Part shown: positions 27,278 through 37,823 of the stretch, in pieces
Numbering within the stretch: position 1 is the stretch's first letter
Layout of the letters: each line of letters begins with the position of its first letter
DNA from: a virus
Taxonomy: Duplodnaviria; Caudoviricetes
IMG/VR virus record: IMGVR_UViG_3300020283_000004
Coordinates: 1-58,353 of that record
Length of the DNA stretch: 58,353 nt
Reading direction: 5' to 3' (one strand)
Translations under genes and position numbers: made by a program
Notes under the pieces: model-generated
What the model was told of the DNA's origin: nothing
Seen by the model: the letters and a program-made list of their open reading frames with translations, nothing else
The model's database searches: none

Positions 27278-30200
27278 GTTTAGCATAACAAGTTTTTTAA
27301 AAGGAATTAACACTAGGGTCAACAAGTTTAGAATACAGTCTGATGAGTCTGTTAATTCTGAAGATGTTGACCTTTCTAACCTAGAGATCAAACCACAAAA
27401 AGGTTTGGATTCTAGCGATAGCACCTTTGATGCAATCGACTATAAGTTCAAGGGCTATAACGTAACTGATGCAACAGCCGAAAAGTTTACAGAGGCTGGA
27501 GACTATCTTATAAAATCATACTCTAATGCTGATGCAGAATTTGATCGCATTTGGTATGACTCTTCTGGTAATTCTCAGGGACTTGTTGGGAGCTTAGATC
27601 TCGGAGTTCCTTCACAACCACCTACTCCTTCTTCTTCTATTGTATCCTCTGGATCTGCTGGGGGTACAGCAGAAGCCTATAGCGTAGTTAAGACATCCTC
27701 ATACAGTAGCGCAACAGTTAACTCAAATGCTGTTAATTCTAACTATGATTTCTTGCCATCAGGGAGCGCAACAAACCACACAACAAGTAGGCAGTTTACT
27801 TTGTTCCAAAGATACGGGAACACGGTCTGCATGTTTGATGCTGTAAACAAAAAGCTACGAAGAGTAGATGTCACGACAGGTAACGCTCCGTCAGGTAATG
27901 TAAATTCAGAAGTACCAATAACCTATGCAGATGAATACTTTTTTGTAGGAAGCTACTTCGTAGGTTTGGATTCTAATTACAATAATGTAAGTGTTGTAGT
28001 AGCAGCCACAGGTAATACATCAAACGATTATCCAATCAATGATGTTCCCACTGGGTATCAGGCTTATAACTCATCAAATTATACACCAGGAATCTCTTCA
28101 CTAACTGAGATAGATAAAGATTTTCATGTTAATGATCAGTATCTTTTTGTATCTAAAAATTACAAACCGACTAGATACAGTTACGGTGCAAGAGAAACCA
28201 CCAATAATAATACGGGGAGTTCATATTATTATCCATACAGTTATCCACGATTAGATAGACCTGTTATGTATATCTATTCTGATTGGATGCGACCTGCTGC
28301 TTCAAATACTGTTCATGACGTACACATGGATTCTAATATTACAGAGAATATAGCTCCTGGCTGGCTGTATTTTGGAGGATATTATGAAGGCCAGTATTAT
28401 GGGAGTGGTAGATATGTTTATATGAATGGTGCTCAAACAAATCACCCTGGTAGTGAGTATCTTTTTTTTGATATTGGTGGTGTTCAATACACATGTATGA
28501 TTGTCAGTTACCTTGAGGCATATGGTTATGGTGGTGGTACGACAATAAGAGATGTTGTTGCAAGCCCATCAAATTTTACTAATTATGCTTATTTGTGGAG
28601 ATTACAAAAATTACATCAATGTTGGATATCCCCAATTAACCCAGGCACAACAACTTCTGGATCTAATTTTATTGGGAATACAGAAATATATGCTAGAGCA
28701 ATAACTGGGGTCAGTGGGACTTTTACGGATCAAGGTGATCATACTCCAGGCACATATAATAATGTACCTCTTATAGATGCTTCTGGTAACTATACTCACG
28801 GTGGTGGGACAAGTGGGTATCCTAGATATTCAGGACAAAATACACCCACCATTACGAACACAATGCCAGGTAGCAGTAGTAGTGCTCAGTATGGATTTGG
28901 AGCATTAGCAACTGTTGTTGTGAATTCAAGTGGTAATATACAGAGTGTCACAATAACTGATGGAGGTAGGGGTTGGAAAGTAGGTGATGTTTTTGAGATT
29001 CCCACATCATCAGGGGTTCCGCACTATAGCGGTTTCAGTAGTGGGAATGTGGCAATAGGAGGATCTGTTGGGGCTTACGGAACAGTTACATCAGTAGATA
29101 GCACATTTAAAGTAAACGTCCAGGGGGTAACAAATTATCAATTGGATTTATCAACTGGACAAATACAAACATATACAAGTGCTAATTCTGGTGGTAATAC
29201 ACAAAATGTCGTTCCTAGATCTCATACTTGGCTATATCCAGGTTTATCAAAATCTATGGGAAGTATAACCAAGCTAGATTTATCAAGTGGCTCAAAAACA
29301 TTTAAATCATTTTCTGATAACGTTACTGACATTCCTCAGCAATATGGTAATTGGGGGTCACGATATGGTCAGGGGGGTATTAATACATACAAGCCTAAGT
29401 ACCCCGTAAATAATAGATTGAATGGCGCAAACTACCCACCTGCCAGAGACAATTTTTTGCTTGCTGAAAAAAATTACAGTTATACAGCAGAATCAAGTTC
29501 GTACTATGTAAACTCAAATAATTGGGGAACTGTACAAGCACCCATACACCTTGTTTCTGATATTGCGTCAGAGTTTAATAATTCAACATTCTCAATCCCA
29601 ACATCAGCCCCATCTACATCTGGTGCTGGTAGCACTAGCGAAACTATACACAATAGTAGTGGTAATGCTTTATTAGATGGATGGTATACGATGGAAGCAA
29701 GTGGTGTTGCTTCATCAAATGATAGAGTGTTTAATAATCCTTTTGGTTCTTCATCAGTTAATGTTTACAGCAATATTCTTGCTTCAGGGGCGACTCAGTT
29801 TGGAACCATACAGGCCACGTTACAATTATCAAATAATGGTTATGACCTTGTAAGACAAGATGGTGCAAATGCAGTTTTCATAAATACAGGAGGTAACGGT
29901 GAAACTGTTAATGTGGTTAGTCTTCAGAACTTGTCTGTGAGCACTGGGACTCAGTTTTACGGTTATGGTACAGATGTAAAAGATATATATAAGGAAGGAA
30001 ACTACGTTGTAGCAAAAGTAGACACTAATGAATCGTTGATAATAGACACTGCTAACGGCAACGAAGTATCCCCAATAAAACATTTGTTTGATTTTGTTAC
30101 AAAAGTTGACACGAGCAACCTTCTTGTATATGGGATAAGGATATCTTCGCTTTCTAATCCAATAGCTTTTTACTTAACAAAAGCATATTTCTTTTTTAGA

Positions 30201-32483
30201 CATGAGATTCTGGCCCTAGGTACTGGGGGAATTAGAGAAAATGAAACAAATAGCGCAAATACAAGAAACGTAGGTGTTGTATTTCAAGAGTACGCAAACA
30301 ACGCAGCTACAAATGTCTATCATATAGGTTACACCTCTACGTCAGGCACATTCGATAGAACGCAGAGCACATATAACCTCGGCATCTCGACTACACGCAG
30401 ACCTCAAATTACGGCTGACGCTTTTACTGAGCAATTTACCGCAACTTGGAACGGCTCAAATAAATTAACGGGAGTTCCTAATGCGAACATGTTCTCAACT
30501 ATTATTGACGATTCTCTTTCCTTTGGTGGTGTATCGGCTGCAACGGTGTCTGGGTATAATAGTACAGATGAAATTACGGTTACTGGGGTTACTGGGTCAC
30601 AAGGGAGTGGATCAGTTACAGTTACAAGAACAAGAAGAACTCACAGAAACAGAATATTTGTACCACAAGCAGCTTCATCAAACTTAGGTGTGCCATCACT
30701 CCCAGCATTTAGTTCCACTGGGAATTACTCTAATATAGATGAGATGATCACATTTGCTGATCTACCATCAACCGCTAAGTTTATACCTCATTCGAGATCG
30801 TCAAATGATAATGACTTCGTTAAGTCAGGATCGTTTTTCTTTAGTGCGGATTTAGACAGAAGGATTGTTGACCCATCATCTCCTGATCAAGATATTGCTG
30901 ATAGTTCGTTTACTTTTGGAGGTGTAAATATTTACAACAATCAGGGTGCAAACATACCATTCCAATATAAGATCTCCTACCTCAGAGATATAAGAGCTAC
31001 TACTGATATAGCTGGATCTACATCGAATGAGGCAGAACCAGTATTGATCGAAGGCCCAACATCAGGGGAAACAGACGCGAGAACTCTTAATGCTGTCACC
31101 GAATCTTTAGAACTATCTTCATTAGGATCTAATTTAGCTTCTGATATAGCAAAAGTAAGGGTTTACAGAGTAGGTGGGGATTATGCTGAATATTACTGGT
31201 TGGCAGATTTAAATGTATCAAATGGTTCCGTGTCTAATTACAGTGATATATCTTTAGAAGTTGGGTCAACATTAATTACACCCAATGATGCAACAAGTCC
31301 TATCGATGACAAGTTGACAAACATAGTCCAGGTCAATGGTTTGTTTGTCGGGAGCCATGGTAGTTATGTGTATTTTAGTGAGTTTGCAAACCCACATAGC
31401 TGGCCTGAAGATGGTAAGTATGAGATTGATGGGAATATAAACAACATCGTAGAGAGTGACGGAGAGGCAGTAATATTTACAGACAACGCTATATTCAGAG
31501 CGCGTGGCTTTTCTTACGACAATATCAATATCGCATCAATACCTCAAAGCCAGGGTGTGAGCTCATCAAATAAAGGATCGGTTACTAAATATCTGGGCTC
31601 TATATTTTTTATCTCTAATGATGGTCTTTGTGAATACAAAGCTGGAGTGGTTAGGTTGATATCTCAGGCTAAGTTTTCAAGCTTTCCTGCTATTACAACA
31701 CCAAGATCTGTATTCAAGGATGGAGTTCTTTACATATTTGAGGGCTCATCCTCTGGGACAAACAAAGGAGTGAAGGTAGACTTCAGATTAGGTGAACCAG
31801 TCTTTAGTAGAATCAATCAAAAGGCAACAGTAAGAGCTTTATACAACCAAGCGAATGACACTCTATATGTGAAGAATGCTACAACTGCAACCACAGGTTC
31901 GTATGACGGATCAGGTTCTGATTTACCTGTACTTCATGAAAGTGGTGAGATCGGTTTTGGTGATTTCTATTCCACCAAAGCATTGTTCAAAGTCATTGTT
32001 AAATACAAGACATCACTCTCTTCTGGGTCTAATGCAACAATTAAGTTCTATGCAGATGGAAGTGGTTCTGAGTTCTTTACAGCAAGTCTGACAGATTCTA
32101 CATCAGAAACGTGCTTGTACTTCCCATTGCAAAATTACGAGTTGCTTAAATACCTTAGATACAAAATTGAGGGTAAGGTTACTGTCTATGAGATCAACTA
32201 TGATTTTGAGATGGCTGAATCTTTTGTCAACAAGTTGAGAATAAACTATGTAGATGTCCAGTATGTTGGTCAGCTAAAAGTAGATACTTATATAGATAAT
32301 GGTATAGTTGATAGCAACCCCGTCTATGCGACTTCAGGGTCTACCAATCTACCAAGCTCTGGCTCATCTGTAAGAACAGTAAGGCTTTACTACCCTAAAG
32401 ACACGACTGGGTATATACCACACATATATTACACAGGGACTGGTAGGGTTATCTCAACAAGTTATGGAACTGAGGATCTATGA
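27270..32483 (+). CDS. Large tail protein (nozzle/stabilisation-like with long S/G/N/T/Y-rich insertion)
   Basis: F.KGIN.R and LGVP..P..P at the N-terminus; VRVYR.GG, VYFSE..NPHSWP and IFFISNDGL near the C-terminus. Confidence 0.65.
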   Translation: MAKFSITSFLKGINTRVNKFRIQSDESVNSEDVDLSNLEIKPQKGLDSSDSTFDAIDYKFKGYNVTDATAEKFTEAGDYLIKSYSNADAEFDRIWYDSSGNSQGLVGSLDLGVPSQPPTPSSSIVSSGSAGGTAEAYSVVKTSSYSSATVNSNAVNSNYDFLPSGSATNHTTSRQFTLFQRYGNTVCMFDAVNKKLRRVDVTTGNAPSGNVNSEVPITYADEYFFVGSYFVGLDSNYNNVSVVVAATGNTSNDYPINDVPTGYQAYNSSNYTPGISSLTEIDKDFHVNDQYLFVSKNYKPTRYSYGARETTNNNTGSSYYYPYSYPRLDRPVMYIYSDWMRPAASNTVHDVHMDSNITENIAPGWLYFGGYYEGQYYGSGRYVYMNGAQTNHPGSEYLFFDIGGVQYTCMIVSYLEAYGYGGGTTIRDVVASPSNFTNYAYLWRLQKLHQCWISPINPGTTTSGSNFIGNTEIYARAITGVSGTFTDQGDHTPGTYNNVPLIDASGNYTHGGGTSGYPRYSGQNTPTITNTMPGSSSSAQYGFGALATVVVNSSGNIQSVTITDGGRGWKVGDVFEIPTSSGVPHYSGFSSGNVAIGGSVGAYGTVTSVDSTFKVNVQGVTNYQLDLSTGQIQTYTSANSGGNTQNVVPRSHTWLYPGLSKSMGSITKLDLSSGSKTFKSFSDNVTDIPQQYGNWGSRYGQGGINTYKPKYPVNNRLNGANYPPARDNFLLAEKNYSYTAESSSYYVNSNNWGTVQAPIHLVSDIASEFNNSTFSIPTSAPSTSGAGSTSETIHNSSGNALLDGWYTMEASGVASSNDRVFNNPFGSSSVNVYSNILASGATQFGTIQATLQLSNNGYDLVRQDGANAVFINTGGNGETVNVVSLQNLSVSTGTQFYGYGTDVKDIYKEGNYVVAKVDTNESLIIDTANGNEVSPIKHLFDFVTKVDTSNLLVYGIRISSLSNPIAFYLTKAYFFFRHEILALGTGGIRENETNSANTRNVGVVFQEYANNAATNVYHIGYTSTSGTFDRTQSTYNLGISTTRRPQITADAFTEQFTATWNGSNKLTGVPNANMFSTIIDDSLSFGGVSAATVSGYNSTDEITVTGVTGSQGSGSVTVTRTRRTHRNRIFVPQAASSNLGVPSLPAFSSTGNYSNIDEMITFADLPSTAKFIPHSRSSNDNDFVKSGSFFFSADLDRRIVDPSSPDQDIADSSFTFGGVNIYNNQGANIPFQYKISYLRDIRATTDIAGSTSNEAEPVLIEGPTSGETDARTLNAVTESLELSSLGSNLASDIAKVRVYRVGGDYAEYYWLADLNVSNGSVSNYSDISLEVGSTLITPNDATSPIDDKLTNIVQVNGLFVGSHGSYVYFSEFANPHSWPEDGKYEIDGNINNIVESDGEAVIFTDNAIFRARGFSYDNINIASIPQSQGVSSSNKGSVTKYLGSIFFISNDGLCEYKAGVVRLISQAKFSSFPAITTPRSVFKDGVLYIFEGSSSGTNKGVKVDFRLGEPVFSRINQKATVRALYNQANDTLYVKNATTATTGSYDGSGSDLPVLHESGEIGFGDFYSTKALFKVIVKYKTSLSSGSNATIKFYADGSGSEFFTASLTDSTSETCLYFPLQNYELLKYLRYKIEGKVTVYEINYDFEMAESFVNKLRINYVDVQYVGQLKVDTYIDNGIVDSNPVYATSGSTNLPSSGSSVRTVRLYYPKDTTGYIPHIYYTGTGRVISTSYGTEDL

Positions 32484-33781
32484 TTAGAGAACAGCAGATA
32501 CTCAGAGGGGTTCTTGCTCACTATGAAGGAGCCCCAACAATAAAAGTTTCTGTAGATGGGGGTAATGAATCGATATCAATTACTGCACCTAATCATGCTA
32601 GCTATAGAACAAGGTTCTTAACAGCAGAGCAGGGTAACATCGGGTACATATTTAAAGCAGAATCTGACTCAGAAAACAGAACTGATTTATCAATTGTTTC
32701 AGAACAAGTTTCTGATTATTCAGTATTAAGATACTGGGATTATTATGATATCACATTTGTTGGGACAATAAGCGTAACGATATATCTAGATAACACAACA
32801 ACACCTGTTATATCTGCGACAACGTTGACCGCAGCAAATGCACAAGATACTCAAAGAGTTTATTTCCCATCAAACTCATATGGCAGAGTGCCTTATCTTG
32901 TTGTCAATACAAGCAACACAAACGATGGGTATCTAGTCTCTCAAAAACCAATTGCTAAGACAGCACAAAATCTTACTGATGCACCATTACAGATAATAAG
33001 AGGAGTCACACTTTTATACAAAGGTAGCCCTCAGTTTACAGTAAGCCTTGATGGGTCATCTATATCTGCAACGAATGCAAGTGTAATCCCAACTCAGACT
33101 AAGTTTGCCCCAAGGAATATTACCCTTCCTTCAGGGCATATTGGATATTTTCCACATTTTAATTCTACAAATACATCTGATATTGCTGACTTCAACTTTA
33201 TAACGGATGCAGCAGCATTATACTCAGATCAAATTATATGGCATTTTTACGAGATTACTTTTAATGGAACTGTTAATGTATCTTTATATTTGGATAACGA
33301 TCTTCTTGTTGGCGATGGAGATGATGCTTCTGCTACTACTTTGAAGAAGACACTTACGACAAGCAAAATACAGGAAACGACAAAGGTTTATCTGCCAGCA
33401 TTGAGCTACGGAAGAATACCTCATGTTCTCAATGACAAGTCTGACGCAGGTAATATACTGAGGTTCAACCCAGTGGCACTCCCAGTAAGATTCTATAAAA
33501 CCCTGGAAGGAGTCAGTGAATGTCAGATTACTTACAAAGGTGATGTCTTTGTGGACTTCTTTCTTGATGGGGAACAGCTTGGGGATACCTATCAGTTTGA
33601 TGCTCAGTATGATGGGAATGGTAAAAGCATCTATGGTGTACAGAAGTTCTTACTCCCAGAAAACTCTGGTGGTTATGTTTTTCAGTATTCGCAGATCAGT
33701 GGGGATGGGGACATTATCTCAGTAGAGACAGATGCTCACCCACTTGAGTTTGAGCCTTCTACCGAGACAGCACCAGGATGA
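32480..33781 (+). CDS. Virion protein with internal duplication
   Basis: Two copies of QI(L/I)RGV...Y.G.P...VS.DG and W..Y.ITF.GT.....YLDN...(R/K)VY.P..SYGR.P. Confidence 0.65.
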   Translation: MIREQQILRGVLAHYEGAPTIKVSVDGGNESISITAPNHASYRTRFLTAEQGNIGYIFKAESDSENRTDLSIVSEQVSDYSVLRYWDYYDITFVGTISVTIYLDNTTTPVISATTLTAANAQDTQRVYFPSNSYGRVPYLVVNTSNTNDGYLVSQKPIAKTAQNLTDAPLQIIRGVTLLYKGSPQFTVSLDGSSISATNASVIPTQTKFAPRNITLPSGHIGYFPHFNSTNTSDIADFNFITDAAALYSDQIIWHFYEITFNGTVNVSLYLDNDLLVGDGDDASATTLKKTLTTSKIQETTKVYLPALSYGRIPHVLNDKSDAGNILRFNPVALPVRFYKTLEGVSECQITYKGDVFVDFFLDGEQLGDTYQFDAQYDGNGKSIYGVQKFLLPENSGGYVFQYSQISGDGDIISVETDAHPLEFEPSTETAPG

Positions 33782-34038
33782 AGAAAAAATTTGGAAGTCT
33801 CCCAACAGGGCAGTTATCTGCTGACAACAATGTAAGGCAAGCTTTTGCAATGACAGAAGAAGGACTTGGCAGACTGAATAAGTCTATAGAAGATACTGAT
33901 ACGATAGTTGCGGATCTTAAACGCAAGATTTCTGCTGACATTTTAACTTCTGTAGCAACGCTCGACCCCAATTCAAGCTCGCTTGCTGATGTGATCAACT
34001 CGCTGACAACTCTCTCTAAAAAACTCAAAGAATTATAG
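33778..34038 (+). CDS. Hypothetical protein
   Basis: ATGA overlap. Confidence 0.6.
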   Translation: MKKKFGSLPTGQLSADNNVRQAFAMTEEGLGRLNKSIEDTDTIVADLKRKISADILTSVATLDPNSSSLADVINSLTTLSKKLKEL

Positions 34039-34046
34039 AGGCCCCT

Positions 34047-36326
34047 ATGCCTGGTAAAAGAAAAAAGAATAAGAAGCAAAAGTTCTCTGCACTTGAGTCG
34101 ATGGTCAAAGCACCTCGCAGAATAAAGCCTGAAGGGAAACCTGAAGAAGAACTGATCTATGCAAATCAGGAAGAGATTCAGATGCTCAAGAGGGCTGGGG
34201 GTTCAGGGACACCTACACAGTTTGGTGTGAGGAGTTATGAGGAGAAAGGAGAAGAATTTGAGAGCAATACTCCGAGTGAGAGTAATCAAAACAATAGACA
34301 AGAAACCAGCTTTAGTTCGGATTATGGTTTCCAGCCAGATGGTTCATACAACTATACACCATCAGAACAAGCAGAAGTAAACCGTGTAATTGAACAATCA
34401 CAAAGAGATAGCGGTTCTGACAGAAATGAAAAGCCTACATTCAACACAAGCAATATAACTGAGACATCAGCATATACTGGGAAACCTCTTACTTTAAAAG
34501 AGCTCTATGATAATCAGGATGATTTATCTTCTCTTCTCTCAAAGAAGCAAAGCTCAACACGTACTGAGACACGAACAGTGCCTGCTGGGTATACTAACTC
34601 TGGCGAAAAATACACAGTCACCATTAATGAAGAAGGTGACCCACTCGCTGATACAGTAGACCCACAAAATTTTGAGTTTCTCAATGATAAAGAGGGGAAT
34701 ATTATTGGGTGGTATGATGGTGATGGTACACCTCAGTTTGAGAAGAGAGATGAGTGGTATGTAGACAGTGATGGTAACTGGTTCTTTGTGGGAAAAGGGG
34801 CCATGGAAGGTGTGGGTGCTGGAGGTTCTGGAGAGACTACAATCCTCACCGCAGACGGTTCTACGAAGACAGTAGGGGCTAGAACCTATGCAGATCTGAT
34901 TGGGTTTGAGCAGACACTTCTTGATGATGCGATAGCAGACAGACAGCAAAACATTGCTGAGCTCAAAGCTAGAGAAGAAGACTATGGTGGAGTGTATCAG
35001 GACTCAAAAGGTAAACGTCCTGGTGAGTCTGGCTTTGATGCAAGCACCGCAACATTCAGAGGTGGTCGTGCTCAGGAGATGTACGACAAGGCCGATCAGT
35101 ATACGTCTGCATATGATCAGATGTTGGCTGATGCTACTGGGTATACAATAGACCCAGTAACTGGGGAGTACAAAAAGACAGAAACCACAGAGTTTGACAG
35201 GCTTACTGGGAAAGCTGAGGACGAGTACACAAGACTATCTGCTGATGCAGAGTCAAGGCTCAGAGAAGGTGATAGAAGAAGTGAGGAGTATGCAGGTCAA
35301 GCCAGAGATCAGGCAATGCGTGCATCACAGCTTGGTTCACAGGCTGCCGACCTTGCGATGGACTCTGAGTTCTATGGTGGATTGCAGAGGCAAACAGATG
35401 CAATACAAAGAGATCAGCAAGCATATCGTGGTAGAATCCAAGAGATGGCAGACTCTGCTGGGGTTACCCCAAGAAGCAGACAGAGTGCATTGTATGCCAT
35501 GAGATCTGAGCAGATTGATAGAGACTCAGACGCACAAAGTAAGCAAATGCAACAGATGCTCACGGAAAGAGGTATTTCTCCAACATCCCCAATAGCTCTC
35601 AGAATGATGAATAACATCAAGTCTGGTACAGCTACACAAAAACGGGAAGCTAGGAGACAAGCACTGTTTGATGCAATGCAGATGCAGGATGCAGAAAATC
35701 AGCAAAGAGCAGGACTGTTTGCACAGGCTTCAGGCATGGCAGGACAGGAGTTGGGTACAATCGGGCAGAAGGCTGGTATACGATCTGGAAGAATAGGGGA
35801 TATACAGAGAGCACAGTCAGGAGTACTTGGTTCTAGTGAGGTTCTGAGTAGACTTGGGGCAGCATCAAGTGCAGATGCACTAGCTAGAGCACAGGCATTT
35901 CAGGGACTTGCTTCTGACAGAGGGCAGTTCTATGCAGGATTAGGATCTACAAAGATGAGCACTGCTCTACAAGGTGCAGGAATGCAAGCTGCTCAGAGTT
36001 CTCAGATGTTCTCTAGAGGGACATACTTTGGGAATCAAGCTCAGAACATTAATCAGCTTAGACTTGCTGATGCTATGGATCGTCAGGCTGGTCAGGAGTA
36101 TAAGAAGCTTACTGGGATGTCTATGGATCTTTCTAAGTACGGAATAGACAAGCAGGAAGAAATACAGAAGAAGCTAATGGACTTACAGTCTTCATATAAA
36201 TCAGGAGGATCTGGTAGCAATCTGATTGGGTCACTTGTTGGGGGTGCTGCTGGGTACTTTCTCTCTGGGGGTAACCCATACATGGCAGGTTTAGGTGCTC
36301 AAGCAGGCGGATCTTTTATTAAATAA
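34047..36326 (+). CDS. Putative internal virion/ejection protein
   Basis: LIY.N.EE..MLK..GGSG motif, Q/A/G-rich helical body and Gly-rich hydrophobic C-terminus. Confidence 0.65.
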   Translation: MPGKRKKNKKQKFSALESMVKAPRRIKPEGKPEEELIYANQEEIQMLKRAGGSGTPTQFGVRSYEEKGEEFESNTPSESNQNNRQETSFSSDYGFQPDGSYNYTPSEQAEVNRVIEQSQRDSGSDRNEKPTFNTSNITETSAYTGKPLTLKELYDNQDDLSSLLSKKQSSTRTETRTVPAGYTNSGEKYTVTINEEGDPLADTVDPQNFEFLNDKEGNIIGWYDGDGTPQFEKRDEWYVDSDGNWFFVGKGAMEGVGAGGSGETTILTADGSTKTVGARTYADLIGFEQTLLDDAIADRQQNIAELKAREEDYGGVYQDSKGKRPGESGFDASTATFRGGRAQEMYDKADQYTSAYDQMLADATGYTIDPVTGEYKKTETTEFDRLTGKAEDEYTRLSADAESRLREGDRRSEEYAGQARDQAMRASQLGSQAADLAMDSEFYGGLQRQTDAIQRDQQAYRGRIQEMADSAGVTPRSRQSALYAMRSEQIDRDSDAQSKQMQQMLTERGISPTSPIALRMMNNIKSGTATQKREARRQALFDAMQMQDAENQQRAGLFAQASGMAGQELGTIGQKAGIRSGRIGDIQRAQSGVLGSSEVLSRLGAASSADALARAQAFQGLASDRGQFYAGLGSTKMSTALQGAGMQAAQSSQMFSRGTYFGNQAQNINQLRLADAMDRQAGQEYKKLTGMSMDLSKYGIDKQEEIQKKLMDLQSSYKSGGSGSNLIGSLVGGAAGYFLSGGNPYMAGLGAQAGGSFIK

Positions 36327-36341
36327 ATAAAGAGTAATACA

Positions 36342-37808
36342 ATGGCAGTTCGATTCAGAAATCTACAAGGTGGCAACCCTTACCAGGGACTTGCTAACAC
36401 TATGGAAAGAGTAGCAGGTCGTGTAGGTGCTTCTTATATGTCTTACGGACAAGCCGTAAGGCAAAGAAACGAAAGACGGGATGCTCTGAAAGCTCAACAA
36501 GAAAAGTCTCTCACAGATGCAATCACAAAGCTGATCCCTGCTGCGGTTGGGTATGAACAACAGAAGGATCGCTTTGAGTATCAAAAGCAGATGGATGAGA
36601 AGAGATTTGGGATGCAAGAGGAGAGGCTTGGGCTTGAGAGGGATCGATTTGAAAGTCAGTCTCAATTCCAACAGGACAGCTTGGCAGAGAGAAAAAGGTC
36701 GAGCCAAGTAACAGAAGGACTTGCTAAGCAAAGACTTGAGGAGCAGGTAAGACAAAGAAAGGTGGCTGAAGAGTCTGCAAAAAGTGCAGAAAGTTTTAGA
36801 CAATATATGAAACAGCAGTCTGAAAATCTTGCCAAAGAAAATCGTGACTGGAGAAAAGTTCAAGCAGGATGGAGAAGAGAAGACGAAAAGATGTCTAACG
36901 AACTCCAAAGACTTCGGCTTGAGAACGAGGGCAAAAAGCTTAATCTGGCAAAAGATAAAGTAAACATGACCGCAATCGAGCAAGCCAAGGTGGCTGCTAC
37001 TATTGCAGGGATAGAAAACAAATATAAAGATGGTTTGCTCTCAGGGTTAAGAAGACAGTGGGCTATTCATTATGGAGCAGAGATAGGTACTTTTGGTTCG
37101 GACGACTACATAGCTGCAAATCCAAATGCTCCAGGCTATAACGCTGAGGCTAAGGGTCAGGATGGTAAAGTTGTTGGGGGACCAGGAAGCACCTTTGACC
37201 AGTTTCTTGTAAACATGGGTTACAAGAACGGAAGGGCTGATGAGGCGTTTCAGCCATCAAGAACAGAAGATATTCTCAGAATGTATGGATCAGAAGACGC
37301 GATAAACTCACTGAATAATACTGGTGGCAAGTTACCAGAACCCATCGTAAATCAAGAAGATGAATTTAAAAGTGAAATTGCTCAAACAAACCTGAGATTA
37401 GGGAATGAGGGTGGTAATCAAATTGCTGAAAAGCAGGGTGACGGTAGCGATATATCAAGAGATGGTGAGTTAAGTGTACTCACTGCCACAGATCAAAGAA
37501 GAGCAAGTAGAATTACAACTCAACAAAGACCTTCTATGCTTGAAGGCACAGCAACTGGTACTCAAAGAGTAGGTCAACTAGCTGCTTCTGAACTACCAGA
37601 TCAAACAGCTAAAGATATGGTGGTGAACACCAGAAAAGGTAGAAACCTCAACATACGAAGTGGGCCATCTTCAGATAGCGAAAGAATAGGGACTATTGCT
37701 AAAGGGACATCAGTGAGGGTCATAGAGACAAAAGGCAAATGGTCCAGAATAGAAACAGATGACGGACAGGTTGCTTGGGTCGCAACTCGTTTTCTTAAAT
37801 CGATGTAA
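36342..37808 (+). CDS. Putative ejection protein with C-terminal SH3b domain
   Basis: Coiled coil followed by LNIRSGPS....IG.I.KG..V.VIE..G.WS.I...G..AWV...FL. Confidence 0.75.
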   Translation: MAVRFRNLQGGNPYQGLANTMERVAGRVGASYMSYGQAVRQRNERRDALKAQQEKSLTDAITKLIPAAVGYEQQKDRFEYQKQMDEKRFGMQEERLGLERDRFESQSQFQQDSLAERKRSSQVTEGLAKQRLEEQVRQRKVAEESAKSAESFRQYMKQQSENLAKENRDWRKVQAGWRREDEKMSNELQRLRLENEGKKLNLAKDKVNMTAIEQAKVAATIAGIENKYKDGLLSGLRRQWAIHYGAEIGTFGSDDYIAANPNAPGYNAEAKGQDGKVVGGPGSTFDQFLVNMGYKNGRADEAFQPSRTEDILRMYGSEDAINSLNNTGGKLPEPIVNQEDEFKSEIAQTNLRLGNEGGNQIAEKQGDGSDISRDGELSVLTATDQRRASRITTQQRPSMLEGTATGTQRVGQLAASELPDQTAKDMVVNTRKGRNLNIRSGPSSDSERIGTIAKGTSVRVIETKGKWSRIETDDGQVAWVATRFLKSM

Positions 37809-37823
37809 TTATTGTTTGTAAGC

